Part shown: positions 34,076 through 45,569 of the stretch, piece after piece
How positions within the stretch are numbered: position 1 is the first letter of the stretch
Layout: each line of letters starts with the position of its first letter
Assembly: GCA_010909165.1 (NCBI GenBank)
Contig: VJWM01000103.1
Location: forward strand, 806,001 to 870,000
Direction: 5' to 3'
Length of the DNA stretch: 64,000 nt
Source: Anthoceros angustus
Lineage: Eukaryota; Plantae; Anthocerotophyta
Notes under the pieces: generated by a model
The model's database searches: none
Seen by the model: the letters and a program-made list of their open reading frames with translations, nothing else
Told to the model about the DNA's origin: nothing
Position numbers and translations under genes: made by a program

Positions 34076-34404
34076 CCTCAAGGGTGGTTCAACAGGGTAA
34101 TGGCGAAATAATTACTTTTTGAAAAATGAGGTCCAACATAAATATTTATGTTTTTCAAAATTTTGACATTAATGAATTTTTTTATCAAATTTCAACATTT
34201 AGTAGAATACATATGTATCGTATAGAACTAATAAATATATCTAGACCTCCCTTAAACAGGCCCTAATTTTCCACACAAACCCTAGTTTCCTTGTTTGGCA
34301 TCTTAAACTCGTAAATTCTTACACATTGGGTATTTAAAGTATAATAATTTCTGGACTTTTACTTTTACTAATTTTAATTAATTAATGCTGAATCACACTT
34401 GGTG
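34076..34404. mobile_element. MITE copy in array unit 5
   Basis: Same termini and body as the unit 1 copy. Confidence 0.7.
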
Positions 34405-36148
34405 TGGTAGGTTCTTTCATGTGGTTGGCGATTGCGGCCATTCGAGCCGCAATAGGAGATAACTTTGAGCCTTGGTTTCTAGGGTTCAAGGAGCTCGCGA
34501 GCCCTGCAGACCACCCACCGTGAGGCCGCCCACCATGAGCTCGCCCACCATTAACGTATGAGCGAAATTTTTACAAGATGAAGGTGTTCAAAATGTAACG
34601 TATACACTATAAAATTATTTTAACCTCATAGTTCGCCGAACCGATTCAAACCGAACGAAACTCTAATCATTACTTGCTTATGTCGAGTCATCGCCACGTT
34701 GAGTCCTGTCTAGGTATTGGTTCGATTCAATTATGTGCTAGCGTAGGTTAGATCTGAATTGAAGCGAGTGAATGGCCTTTACAAGCGCCAATCCGTAGGG
34801 GTCTTAAGTAGTTACAACATGATAACGACCAAGACAAAGTGTTTTAATGTGGAAATGGGAGCCTTGCGAGCGTCCTAAAAGGTCCACATTTCAACCCATG
34901 GATGGGCAATTTTGGTGTGCTACATGTACATAGGCGGTTGGACCATTTTATTTTTGATTTTTAGATGCAAATTATATTCTTCAACACGTCAAGAAATTTT
35001 CCAGACCTAGGTATTGCCATGCACTCGTAATTTTCATAATAATATGAAGAAAAATATTGCCCTGCAAACTTGTACACTTATTATTCTATTCGTTAATTAT
35101 CCGAAAATCGGTTCATCCATGTGGGGTACTGCATACCTCTTTGTTTGGATTTAGCAGGTCGAAATTAGGCATTTTCAAGGTTGCTTTATTATCATTATCA
35201 AAGGGTGATCTCGTGCAGATCTGTCTTGTAGTTATCAAAACCATGATTTCTTTGAACCAATTCAATTCTATTTGTCAAAGTTGACCCTATGTAGTTGGAC
35301 GGGCGGTTTGATTTCCTATTTGTCTAACTACGATTTATCTTGGTTTTGCACAAGGCTAGGTACCCTAATGTTGTCTATATGTTTTATTCATGTGAGGAAG
35401 AGACCCAAATCATGTTTACAACTAGGTCATAGAAATCTAGGCGTTCATAGTTGGTAACCAACCTTGGTCAACTTCAAAGAAAAATATTACCCACTTCTAC
35501 AAGCCATTTTGGAGTGAATGATGCATATATTTGTATAATGTGCTTGCACTTGTTATTTGTTAAATTTATGATACATTTACCAATCAATTTAAAAAGTCAA
35601 TTTGACTTTTTAAAATTACATATTGATCTTGAGCGATAATGTATCTTCATTTGGGAAAAATTGGACATCCTTGAGCGACAATGTGTCAACTAAATTAGGT
35701 CAAGGAAGAATTGGACATCCTTAAACAACAATGTCTATTTAGGTCAAGGAAGAATTGAGCATCCTTGGACCATGATATATCTATATTAGGTCGAGAAAGA
35801 ATTGACCGTCCTTGGACCATGGTGTATTTAGCTAAATTAGGTCAAAGAAGAATATGTCATGATTCCTTGGACCATGGTATATATATCTTCATGTTTGGGT
35901 CCTATATATAGAAGGTGAACACTAGCCTTTATCAATTCATTGTTTCATTAGCTTGTTATCATATTACTTAAAAGGTAATAGGCTCCTCTATATAAAAGGT
36001 GAGCAGCTTGTATTAGTTGAAGTAAGTTGTCATACTCCTTCCAGCTTGAAAGCGATAAATTTTGAATTTGATAATATTGCTTTATTAGGTTAAATCGTTG
36101 AATTACTTCTAGAGTGTGAGCTGAAAACAATAGTTGCACGGTAGCAAA

Positions 36149-36425
36149 ATGCAGATCATCGTGAGGTTTTCAAACATGAAATTCACCTTTCGAGGTGGAG
36201 GGTAACAAGCCCACTTATTATATGAAGATAAAGCTCCAAAAGCACCACGAAGTTCTCCACAACTTTCCTCCTCACAAGCAAAGAGTGTTTACGATGGAAA
36301 AGAATTACAAGATCAAGTTGCTCTTGTTGACTATTGCATCCAAGAGAACTCTCATCATATTGACCGTTCAAAGTGACCCCCATGTAATACGTTCAAGAAG
36401 GTGGATATGGATTTTCAAAGCATAA
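36149..36425 (+). pseudogene. Ubiquitin-like domain ORF, unit 5 (starts MQIIV; frameshifted as assembled)
   Basis: ATG CAG ATC ATC GTG = MQIIV (ubiquitin is MQIFV); 1-bp indels at ACCTTTCGAG and GTGTTTACG. Confidence 0.65.
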
Positions 36426-38220
36426 GCTTAGAACATGAAATGTTGGAACAATCGTCCAAGAAGAAGAGTAGAATTAGATAGCTAGTTTGCGATTCCGGGT
36501 TGGACCTCAATTGAGCCCAACCTATCATAGCTCAATGTAGTATAGTGAAATGTAGTAGTAATACATTGACTTGTTATAAAGCACACTTGTTCTACATAAG
36601 TGTATTATTATGCTCATGTCTTGCAACGAAGATATTAATGTCCCACAGTCTGAGAAACAAACTCATGTAGAATTCCCAAAGCGAAAGTATAATCTCAGCA
36701 TTGACTGGTATGAGCGAAAGGTTGGTGTGAAAACAAGACTGCACCCCAGAATCACAGCAAGAGCCCTAAAAACTCTAAAACACGTTTATACACGTGCTGG
36801 TCGTGAGAATGACCTTCGTTTAGGAAACCCCATAATTAAATCAAGTTTGAAATGAAATTGTGCTGCAGGTAAACAAGACCTAAACTCTTCAAAACAGCCA
36901 TTTTCAGTGTTGTGTAATATGGCTGACCTTTAATAGTAGGGCTAGGTGCGTCGGCCTTCCTCGTGTGAGATCTTCTGTTGCGCTAGATCCCATTCTGGAT
37001 AAAGATGAACCAACAAAATGATTGGACAGGTATGTTGAACCAAGTTGATAAAATCTTATACCTATTCAGTTCTAGTACCTAATAAGTCTGTATTTTGTAA
37101 CAAAAGATTACGCATATCTCACCTGATATTTTTTATACATGTTTAAAGAGAAAGTGACAAATGGAATGGAATGTCGTGCCCCACAGCACGAGGGAGGAGA
37201 TGGATTGATTGAGAGCATGGGTCTGGACAAGGGCCTGGGACGAGTCACATGGCAAGGAGCGATGGCGGGCCCCCGCAAAGCTTCCGCCCGCAGATATGTT
37301 TGTGCTTCAACAGACGGTGGGGCCGCAATTACATTTAGCATCATCCCTGTTAGCTGGCGCCGGGCGCCCCCATGGTACCCATGCTCCATCCCACATCGCA
37401 TAATTGCCTGCATCTTGGGCGCCGCCCTGGGTAGCCTGCCCGCTGTCCCCACCGGCTTTGCTGACCGTTCCCTACCCTGCCCGCCGACCGTTGTACTGTG
37501 TGCAGCGTCATCCGAATTTGAATTTCTCCCATTTTTAGTCGGAAAATATGCGCCGCGGTTCAAACACCGCATCGAATCACCGATTTAGTTATCGCGATTA
37601 AGAAAAACACCCACATGGCCCACCCCCACGCGCCGAACGCGCCAAACAAGCGACAGGCTTATGCGCGGCCACTGCGCCCTCTGTTCTCCTGGGGCGTTAT
37701 AGAGCTGCTGGAAAGATGGACGATGAATGCCATGCTTTCTCTTTCTCTCCTCCGCGCGCTCTCCCGGTCTTCCGAGCTCCGTTGCCGGCTTCGTGAAAGC
37801 TTGTCGTCCCATAGGCGGGCTTGCTGCCTAGACGGGATTGCGTTGCCGAGAGAAGAGGACGCGAGAGCAAGAGCTGGAGCAGGTGTGAGAGTTCAGAGGG
37901 CTGGGTAGTCGGGGGGCTTGCACCTGAGATTGGCAGCCACCTTGAGGCCCGCGACGCTGTCTGTCACACGTAGCTCGGGAGCTGGCCGCTTCGTCTCCTT
38001 TCTGTGCCCGGGCCGCTTGCTTTGCTCCATTTTCTGTGCGTTGTTTTTTGAATCTCTTCCTTTCCGCCAGCGAGGTGGTACCGGTCCCTCTCTCTTCGCC
38101 AACCCCGTCGGCTTCCCTGCTTTCCTTCTCCCCTGCCACCGCTGCTCCCCACGCTCCGCCTCGCCGCTGCTCTGCGCCTCGGCTGCAGGCCCGCAGGAAA
38201 CGCAGCTGGCTGCTGGTTCG

Positions 38221-41200
38221 ATGTCACCAGCCATGGCGCAGCCGCAGGTGGACACCACATGCGGCTCTTTGCTGCGGGAGCTGCAGGTGCGTGGGATGAG
38301 GTTGCGGGCTGCAGGCGCCGGTGTGCTGCTCTGCTCTGCTTTGCGGTTTCTAACGCTGTGGTGTGGGCGTGGTCCAGCTTATCTGGGACGAGGTAGGGGA
38401 GAACGACTCGGAGCGGGACAAGATGCTGCTGCAGCTGGAGCAGGAATGCTTGGAGGTGTACAGGAGGAAAGTTGACAATGCCTCTCACGCCCGGGCTCGC
38501 CTGCACCAGGCTCTCGCTGATGCGGAGTCGGAGCTGGCTGTGCTTTTCTCCGCGTTAGGGGACCGGCCTGGAGCTGCTGCAAGGGTGAGCCGTCTCTGAC
38601 ACCGGCCTCGGACTAGGCGCCGAGTTTTCTGTGCTTCCTAGGCGGCTTGTGGCTCGGGGCGGGGCGGGTTCTTGGGAGGAGGAGTGTAGGTGACGGTGTG
38701 TGGTGCGGCATTGCAGTGTTGTCTTCTTGCGGCGGCGGTCTCACGTTTCTCCGCTGTTTTTCACATTGTAGGCAGAGAAGCGGCCTGGCACATTGAAGGA
38801 GCAGCTTGCTGCTATCTCGCCGCAATTGGAGGAACTGCGGCAGAAGCGTGAAGAGCGGTACCGGCAGTTTTCGGATGTAAAGGCACAGATTCGAAAGATT
38901 CTTGGAGAGATAGCTGGCGCTGGTGCGGAGTCTGGATTGTTTCCCAATAGCGAGCCGGACTTGTCTCTCAGGAGGTTGGATGAGTATCATGCGCAGCTGC
39001 AGGCTTTGCAAAAGGAGAAGGTGAGCTTCAGGAGCAGGTTTCCTTGTGCGCGCAGGGCGTTGTGCGTCTACTTATTGGTTTGGGAACTTGTACCTTGCGC
39101 CTGAGCTCTGTTTGCTCACTTCCGCAGAGTGATCGGCTGCACAAGGTCCTGGAATACATCAACTCTGTACACGAACTATGTGCTGTGCTTGGGATGGACT
39201 TCTTTCAGACGGTGACGGAGATTCACCCCAGCTTAGACGAGTCCGCAGGTGGGCAATCTAAGAGTATCAGCAACGAGACTCTGGAAAGACTCGCCAGGGC
39301 TATTCATCAGTTGCAAAATGAGAAGAAGCAACGTATGCAGAAGGTGAAATTAATGGGTCTGACAGGGTGTCTACTTGCTGTGGGTGGCTAATGTTCCTCC
39401 TCTGACGTCGCTCCCTCTCATCCTTTCCAGCTTCAAGATTTAGGCGCAGCAATGATAGAGCTGTGGAACTTGATGGACACCCCTGCCGAAGAGCAACAGA
39501 TGTTCCAGCACGTGACGTGCAACATTGCTGCATCGGACTCGGAGATTCATGCACCTGGTGCTCTTTCGTTGGATGTCATTGAGCAGGTCTGACTCTCTTG
39601 TAGTATGCGTTATAACCGCGTCGTTCCAAAATATGTCTGTTCGTTTCCTGGCTTCGCTATGGCTGATCCTTTCTCGGTGGCATGGTTCTTCACGCCAGGC
39701 GGAAGTGGAGGTTGAGAGGCTAGATATATTGAAGTCAAGCAAGATGAAGGAGCTCGTATTGAAGAAGCGAACAGAGCTGGAAGAGATATGTAGAAGGGCC
39801 CACATGGAACCTGATTCAAGCACAGCTCCTGAGAAGACTAATGCCCTCATCGACTCTGGTATATTTTTGCCCACCATTGCATTAACTTCTCATCTTTCTT
39901 TAAAAAATGCATGTTCTGAGCAGTGTGTTTTGTATATGCCTGGTGAAGGTATGGTTGATGCCGCCCAGCTTCTCGGAAGCATAGAGGAGCAGATTGCGAA
40001 GGCAAAAGAGGAAGCATATGCCAGGAGGGAGATCATGGACAAGATGGAGAAATGGCTGCTGGCTTGTGAAGAAGAAAGCTGGCTAGAGGACTATAATAAG
40101 GTGAGCTTTGTAGCTTTCACGCAAAATTCAAGGCCACACGCTTTTGTGCCATACTGAACAGTGTCCTGCCACATTTCATCTTCCAGGATGAAAATCGATA
40201 TAACGCCAGCAAGGGTGCCCACATCAGTCTTAAACGGGCTGAGCGAGCTCGCGCTACACTCAGCAAGCTTCCTGGTACGTAGAGAGGTTTGGCTGCTGTA
40301 GTTGCGTCTGTCGTTTTGTTCCTGTGGTCCTCTTACCTGTGCACTTGGCTGGCCTTTTGTAGCTTTGGTGGAGTCCCTAACGTCAAGAACAAGAGCATGG
40401 GAGGATGAGCATGGTTCACCTTTTCTGTATGATGGAGTACGTTTCTTGATACCCACGGAATAACTCTTTCACTGGTGGTTCTTTCCGTGTCATTGACAGG
40501 TCAATGTGGGTGCATTGTAGGTCCCGTTGTTGTCTATGTTGGACGAGTACAATTTTCTGCGCCAGGAAAAGGAGGAAGAAAAGAGGCGGCTTCGGGTAAG
40601 TCTGGAAAACAGTATCCACTGCCAGGATGGAATCGGGCTAATGTTGAGAACTGGCTGATCCGGTCTTTCGTCCTCTTGCAGGACCAGAAACGTCTTCAGG
40701 AGCAATTCATGAACGAGCAAGAAACTTATTTTGGTTCTAGGCCTAGTCCTGGGAAGGCTATCAGTGTGAAGAAAGGTGGAGGGCTGCGGGCCAATGGAAG
40801 CACTCCAACCGCTGGAACTCCTGCAAACCGCCGTCTCACATTAAGTGGAGCCATCGGTCAACCAGGGACCCCAGATATGTTACTGCCTCGTGTTAATGGA
40901 GTAACTCCTTCTCGACTTGGCTCCGTGAATGGCAAAGACACCAAGAAGGAGCGACCTCGACCAGCTGCACCTCTCAATTATGTGGCGCTCTGCAAGGATG
41001 ACGCAGTCTCACTTGGATCAGCAGGTGGGTCTGACCCCACTTCCCCTCAAGCAGGATAACCTCCTTCGACCTCGACCAGAACTCTGGTATAATCTTCTTT
41101 GCATAGTACACAGCTTAACAAGCCCTGTTGCTGCAGAATGACTGTAGGGGACTGACTTTGAGGTACAGGTGCCGATAGCATAGCTTCTTAGAACTTTGTG

Positions 41201-41646
41201 CTTGTCTGCTTGCTTGTTTGTTCCCTTCCTAACTCTCCAAGCTTCTCGTTTGCCCTGCTGCCGCCTTCAGTTCTTGATCCTTGCACAGTGCTCGATATTT
41301 TGTAGGTGGATCTCGTTCGCCACAACTTGCTGGCTCACAAGTGCCTCAGAGAGAAGGTACTTCACTCGTGGTGCAGGCAGTGCGGCAGCCACTCTCCCCA
41401 GTGATTGGAAGTCCTGCCAGGTTGAATCCACAGCCATCAGAAGATGGTATAAATAGGTCGAAATTGGGAACCAGTCCTAGCAAGATGATGCCCAAGAAGA
41501 GTCCGGTTCCTGCAACGCCGACGAATCATCCTGACCCAGCAGTAGATGTAGAGAATGCGACTCCAGTGCAGTATGAGGAGTATTCTTTCGAAGAGCGAAG
41601 AGCAGCCTTGTTCTGGAGATCTAGCAACAGCGTGGTAGAGGGCTGA
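38221..41646 (+). CDS. MAP65: MAP65/PRC1/Ase1 microtubule-bundling protein, multi-exon; stop at 41059 (short form) or 41646 (spliced long form)
   Basis: [11 protein letters not shown]|[112 protein letters not shown]; downstream exon with EYSFEERRA. Start ATG at 38221 or 38233. Confidence 0.95.
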
Positions 41647-42192
41647 CCAACCATCTCACCTCCGTTTTTGACCACTAACACCTTTCTCGGATTTGTGGAA
41701 GTAGCATGGTCTGAGAGCATTCTTGCTGTCCACAACGCCCTTGCAGAATTTGACCTGGATGCAATTTGCAGGTTGCTGCCAGTGCTGGTTAGCTGTGTTG
41801 GAGAGTAGTGCTGTACAGTTGCCAGTGTTGCCATTTAATCGGCTAACTTATCAGACCGCACTCTCCTAGAGTAGGATGATTGGTCGGGGCCTCGCTTCAC
41901 CAAGCACTTCATACCAGGAAGTAGTGCCTGCTCTCAGATTTGGCAGTCAACTTGTATGTAAATATATTACGTCTGTAATGCGTTCAGTCGTGAGGACTTG
42001 GGGCTCCAGGCTTCCTCGGCGATTTTCTTTTCATCTTCAGTTCTTGGCTGTGTACCTTTTGGTATGTGCGCAACGTGTGTTAACTGACACTTGGCATTTG
42101 CGTTAGCTACCCTTAGGTACGCGTCGCACGTCCTGTAGGCCTACGTCTCGAATTCACGAGTGCTAGGGCCGCTACGTTGCAGGGAAGGAGCG

Positions 42193-42579
42193 ATGCCGGC
42201 AGCCGTAGTGGACGCGAGCGCGAATGACTTTAATAAGGTGCTGACTGTCGCCGAGGTGCAAGGCCCTGGTCCGCTGCTGCTGCTATTCCTGGGAGACAGG
42301 GATCCCTCAATCGGCCATAGCTGGTGCCCTGATTGCGTACGGGCAGAGCCGGTTATCTACAAGGTGCTGGATCAGAGCTCCAAGAATGTGACGCTGGTGC
42401 GGACATACGTGGGCGACCGGCTCTCGTGGCGCAACCCCAACAATCCTTGGAGGCAGGATCCTCGGTTCCGACTCAAGGGCGTCCCCACGCTCATTCGCTG
42501 GCATGACGGCCAGGTTGTTGGCCGCCTGGAAGACGATGAAGCTGACGTCGAGAAGAAAGTAGAAGGCTTGATCAAGTGA
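42193..42579 (+). CDS. TXNDC17: Thioredoxin-like protein TRP14/Clot (DUF953 family), intronless
   Basis: SWCPDCVRAEPVIY active-site motif; VGDRLSWRNPNNPWR and LKGVPTLIRW; 128 aa. Confidence 0.92.
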   Translation: MPAAVVDASANDFNKVLTVAEVQGPGPLLLLFLGDRDPSIGHSWCPDCVRAEPVIYKVLDQSSKNVTLVRTYVGDRLSWRNPNNPWRQDPRFRLKGVPTLIRWHDGQVVGRLEDDEADVEKKVEGLIK

Positions 42580-42943
42580 TGCTATCTTAGTTTTGCTTTT
42601 TGATTACGGAGTTGTCGTAGGGTTTTTTTGTAGTGGACTGCACTTGAATTTAAAGCGAGAGTTGCGTGCGGCTGACTGCAGAGGTTGAAACCTTGCGTGT
42701 CGGAGGGCACATCGTGCCTAACAGACATTGAACTTTTGTTACATACTTGCTACAAGCTTCCTAGAAATTACAATTCCACTGTTCGACATCAAGTGCGAAA
42801 GGTTTGGACCTCGATGCCCTCAAAGAAACCTAAGGCAGCTTCAAAAGGCTAGCTTTGCATCATCAACCGCCATCTCCGGGACCAAAGAGCAGCTCCAAGA
42901 CTAAATAGTGCAAAAAAAGTGAAGTTCCTGACACCCCCGAAAC

Positions 42944-43318
42944 TCACTTCTCCTTCGTTGAGACTCCATACTTTTCCTGCAGCTTGGTAATCTCTTCCTC
43001 CTTCTTCCTCTGGTCGATCTTCTTCGTCATCTTAGCCTGCTGGTAGTACAAAACTATCAAGTACCTGTTTGCAACATTGAAGCCGGACAGGTGATCAACT
43101 GCGTTCTTGGCATCATAGATGTCCTCATACACAACGAAAGCCGTGCCTCTGGTATCCTTGTTACAGCCTATCCGAATCTGTCGAATGGCTCCATACTTGC
43201 CGAAGATATCGTACATCTCCTCCGAAGAGATGTTGAAAGGCAAATTCCTCACATACAAAACTCTGTTCACTTCAGGAGGAAGCCGCGCGTTTCCCCTCCG
43301 AAGGCTGATGGCTGCCAT
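42944..43318 (-). CDS. SF3B6: Splicing factor SF3B6 (SF3b 14 kDa, p14), intronless
   Basis: [40 protein letters not shown]...[36 protein letters not shown]; ATG at 43318. Confidence 0.97.
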   Translation of the reverse strand: MAAISLRRGNARLPPEVNRVLYVRNLPFNISSEEMYDIFGKYGAIRQIRIGCNKDTRGTAFVVYEDIYDAKNAVDHLSGFNVANRYLIVLYYQQAKMTKKIDQRKKEEEITKLQEKYGVSTKEK

Positions 43319-43500
43319 TGCTGCAGCCAAACCCGCACCTGCCTCTGCCGCTCCCCTGTAGCTGTCTGTATCCTTGCAAGTCCGCTCGCTGGCCCTCCCG
43401 CTGGCGTCCTTCCTCCCGTTCCCCGGCAAACGTTGCCCCGAGCCCTAAAATCGCACTCCCGAGTGATCAAAACCCTTTGAAGGTAGGTGGTATTACAGTA

Positions 43501-43836
43501 CCGCGAAGCTTGATTCGACGTTAATTAATTAAAGTTAAGAAAAGTTGAAAATCCTGAAATTATTATATTTAAAACGTCCAATGTGTAAACATTTACAAGA
43601 TGTCGAAAACAAGGAAATTAGGGTTTGTGTGGAAAATTAGGGCCTGTTTAGGGGAGGTCTATACATATGTATTAATTCTATATAAATACCTATGTATTCT
43701 AATGAATATTAAAATATGATAGAATTATTTTTCATAAATATTGAAATTTTGGAAAATATAAATATTCATGTTGAACTTTAATTATTTTTCAAAAAATAAT
43801 TATTTTGGCATTACCCTATTGAACTACCCCTTGAGG
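43501..43836 (-). mobile_element. Solo, inverted, diverged copy of the array MITE (336 bp, TA on both sides)
   Basis: TA|CCGCGAAGCTTGATTCGAC ... TTGAACTACCCCTTGAGG|TA; the body is the reverse complement of 12368-12695 (e.g. TTAGGGTTTGTGTGGAAAATTAGGG). Confidence 0.8.
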
Positions 43837-44464
43837 TATGGTATGTCGAAACTCTAGGATTATTGGTATGTAAAACACATTAAATACCTATTACATAGAA
43901 AAGTATTAAATATATTGTTATTATGATAGAAAGTAATAAAAAAGAGATAAAATTAAATCTTTGGAGGGATGCTTTCTTTAATGGATAAAAATAATTTTCT
44001 GGTTATAATATACAGTTAAAGAAGGATATCATGGACGAAAGAGAACAATTCAAACTTGCAGTTTTATAAGGATGAACAAACTAAAGATTAACACAATTGA
44101 TCATGAAGTAGGGAAGTGAGAGAGTAAGTTCTCCTTGTAACCACTTCTATACCTTTTCTTTTTCTTTTTATGAATATTTTATTAGGATGAGCAAAGCAAA
44201 GATGAACACAATTGGATTATGCTAGATTATTAAGTAGGGAAGTGAGAGAGTGAGTTCTTCTAGTAACTATATATCTTTTTGTGGGCAAATGGTCATGCTC
44301 TAAATAAATGCAAATTCTACTCCATGCACATCTTACTAGATACAAATTACATTACAAATATAATCCTTCTACAATATAATAACTACCTATGTAAAATTCT
44401 ACTACGTATGATTCCCACATTCACAACTTCCAATGCGGGAGACGCGACATTTTTAGCCCCGATG

Positions 44465-44675
44465 GTAAGCATGCCCTTCCCTTTTCTATACCACGACATC
44501 TTGAGGGCGATTGATAGTTTTGAGTGTAAATAATTATGGGGGTAGGCCCCCTTGGCATGGGGCCCTCTTGTAAGCATGCCCTTCCCTATTCTAGACCTCG
44601 ACATCTTGAGGGGGATTGATAGTTTTGAGTGTAAATAATTATGGGGCCAATCCCCCTTGGCATGGGGCCCTCTTG
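44465..44675. repeat. Direct tandem duplication, 2 x 105 bp
   Basis: GTAAGCATGCCCTTCCC...GGCATGGGGCCCTCTTG at 44465 and 44570. Confidence 0.9.
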
Positions 44676-44970
44676 TCGATTGTTCCCTCCCGCTTGGTGT
44701 TGGCGTTACTTTATTTATAAAGTCTCCATGTTCGCCCTAATATTTTAAATAGGCTAAAGTGTTCTTCTCAGGCTTAAGGTTTACATTATAAATGTAATGT
44801 TATGTAATCCTACTACAACATAAAAAACACCTATCGAGAAAACTACTATTTATATTTCCCACATCCATAAGTACTAACTTTTTAAATGGGCTGAAGTGTT
44901 CCCCTCTGGCTTTCCCAGCATGGACGCTTTCTTCTTTTCTAAGGAACTAGCTTTCTTAACAATTAGATTA

Positions 44971-45036
44971 CTTTCCTATGGCCTTAGTTAGCTGGTTTCC
45001 TATGGCCTTAGTTAGCTGGCTTTCCTATGGCCTCAG
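44971..45036. repeat. 24-bp tandem repeat, about 2.7 copies
   Basis: TTTCCTATGGCCTTAGTTAGCTGG repeated. Confidence 0.9.
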
Positions 45037-45569
45037 TGCACACTAGCTTTGCACCAACTTTTGTGTTGAATAATTATAATTATATTTTATATAAAAAAAT
45101 ATACATGAGGTTATGAGGATCGTTCTCTCCACCGCAGTTTATCTCATGAAGAGGAGAAGAGGGTTACATATTATTGGTACATTATTATTATATATAAATA
45201 TATATATTACATATAATAATATAGAGTTATTATTAAATATATCTAGGGTGGAGGAGCAGTTCTGTACTTTGGAACCTGTTCATAATACCTTCATTTTCGA
45301 ACTATATTTATTATTTTATATATTGAATAATTATATATTTAATTATAATTTTTATTAATATATATACAAAGGATTGACGTTTCTTTTATCTACATATTAT
45401 CGTCTCCCGCAACCTACCAGTGTGATACGGACTTCTGGGTGTGGCTGGGTCGACGGAGGCTGATATTACTTGGTCACATTGGAAGGTGCGATATACGATG
45501 TCTGCGTAATTCGCAATTTGGGGGTGTACTCTCAGCGGTTGCGCGGGACAAAAGTTGCCCGTGTCGAGC

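Larger units (their letters stand above)
11106..36780. repeat. Head-to-tail tandem array of five ~5.2 kb units
   Basis: Anchor GAGGATG(C/T)CTT(C/T)TATGAT recurs at 11106, 16259, 22349, 27630 and 32812, and homology ends at 36780. Unit lengths are about 5153, 6090 (internal triplication), 5281, 5182 and 3969 (internal deletion). Confidence 0.97.

Noticed and set aside
37139-37588. 149-aa and 154-aa opposing ORFs in the GC-rich patch upstream of MAP65
   Set aside because: No recognisable domain or splice structure; most likely promoter-proximal GC-rich DNA.
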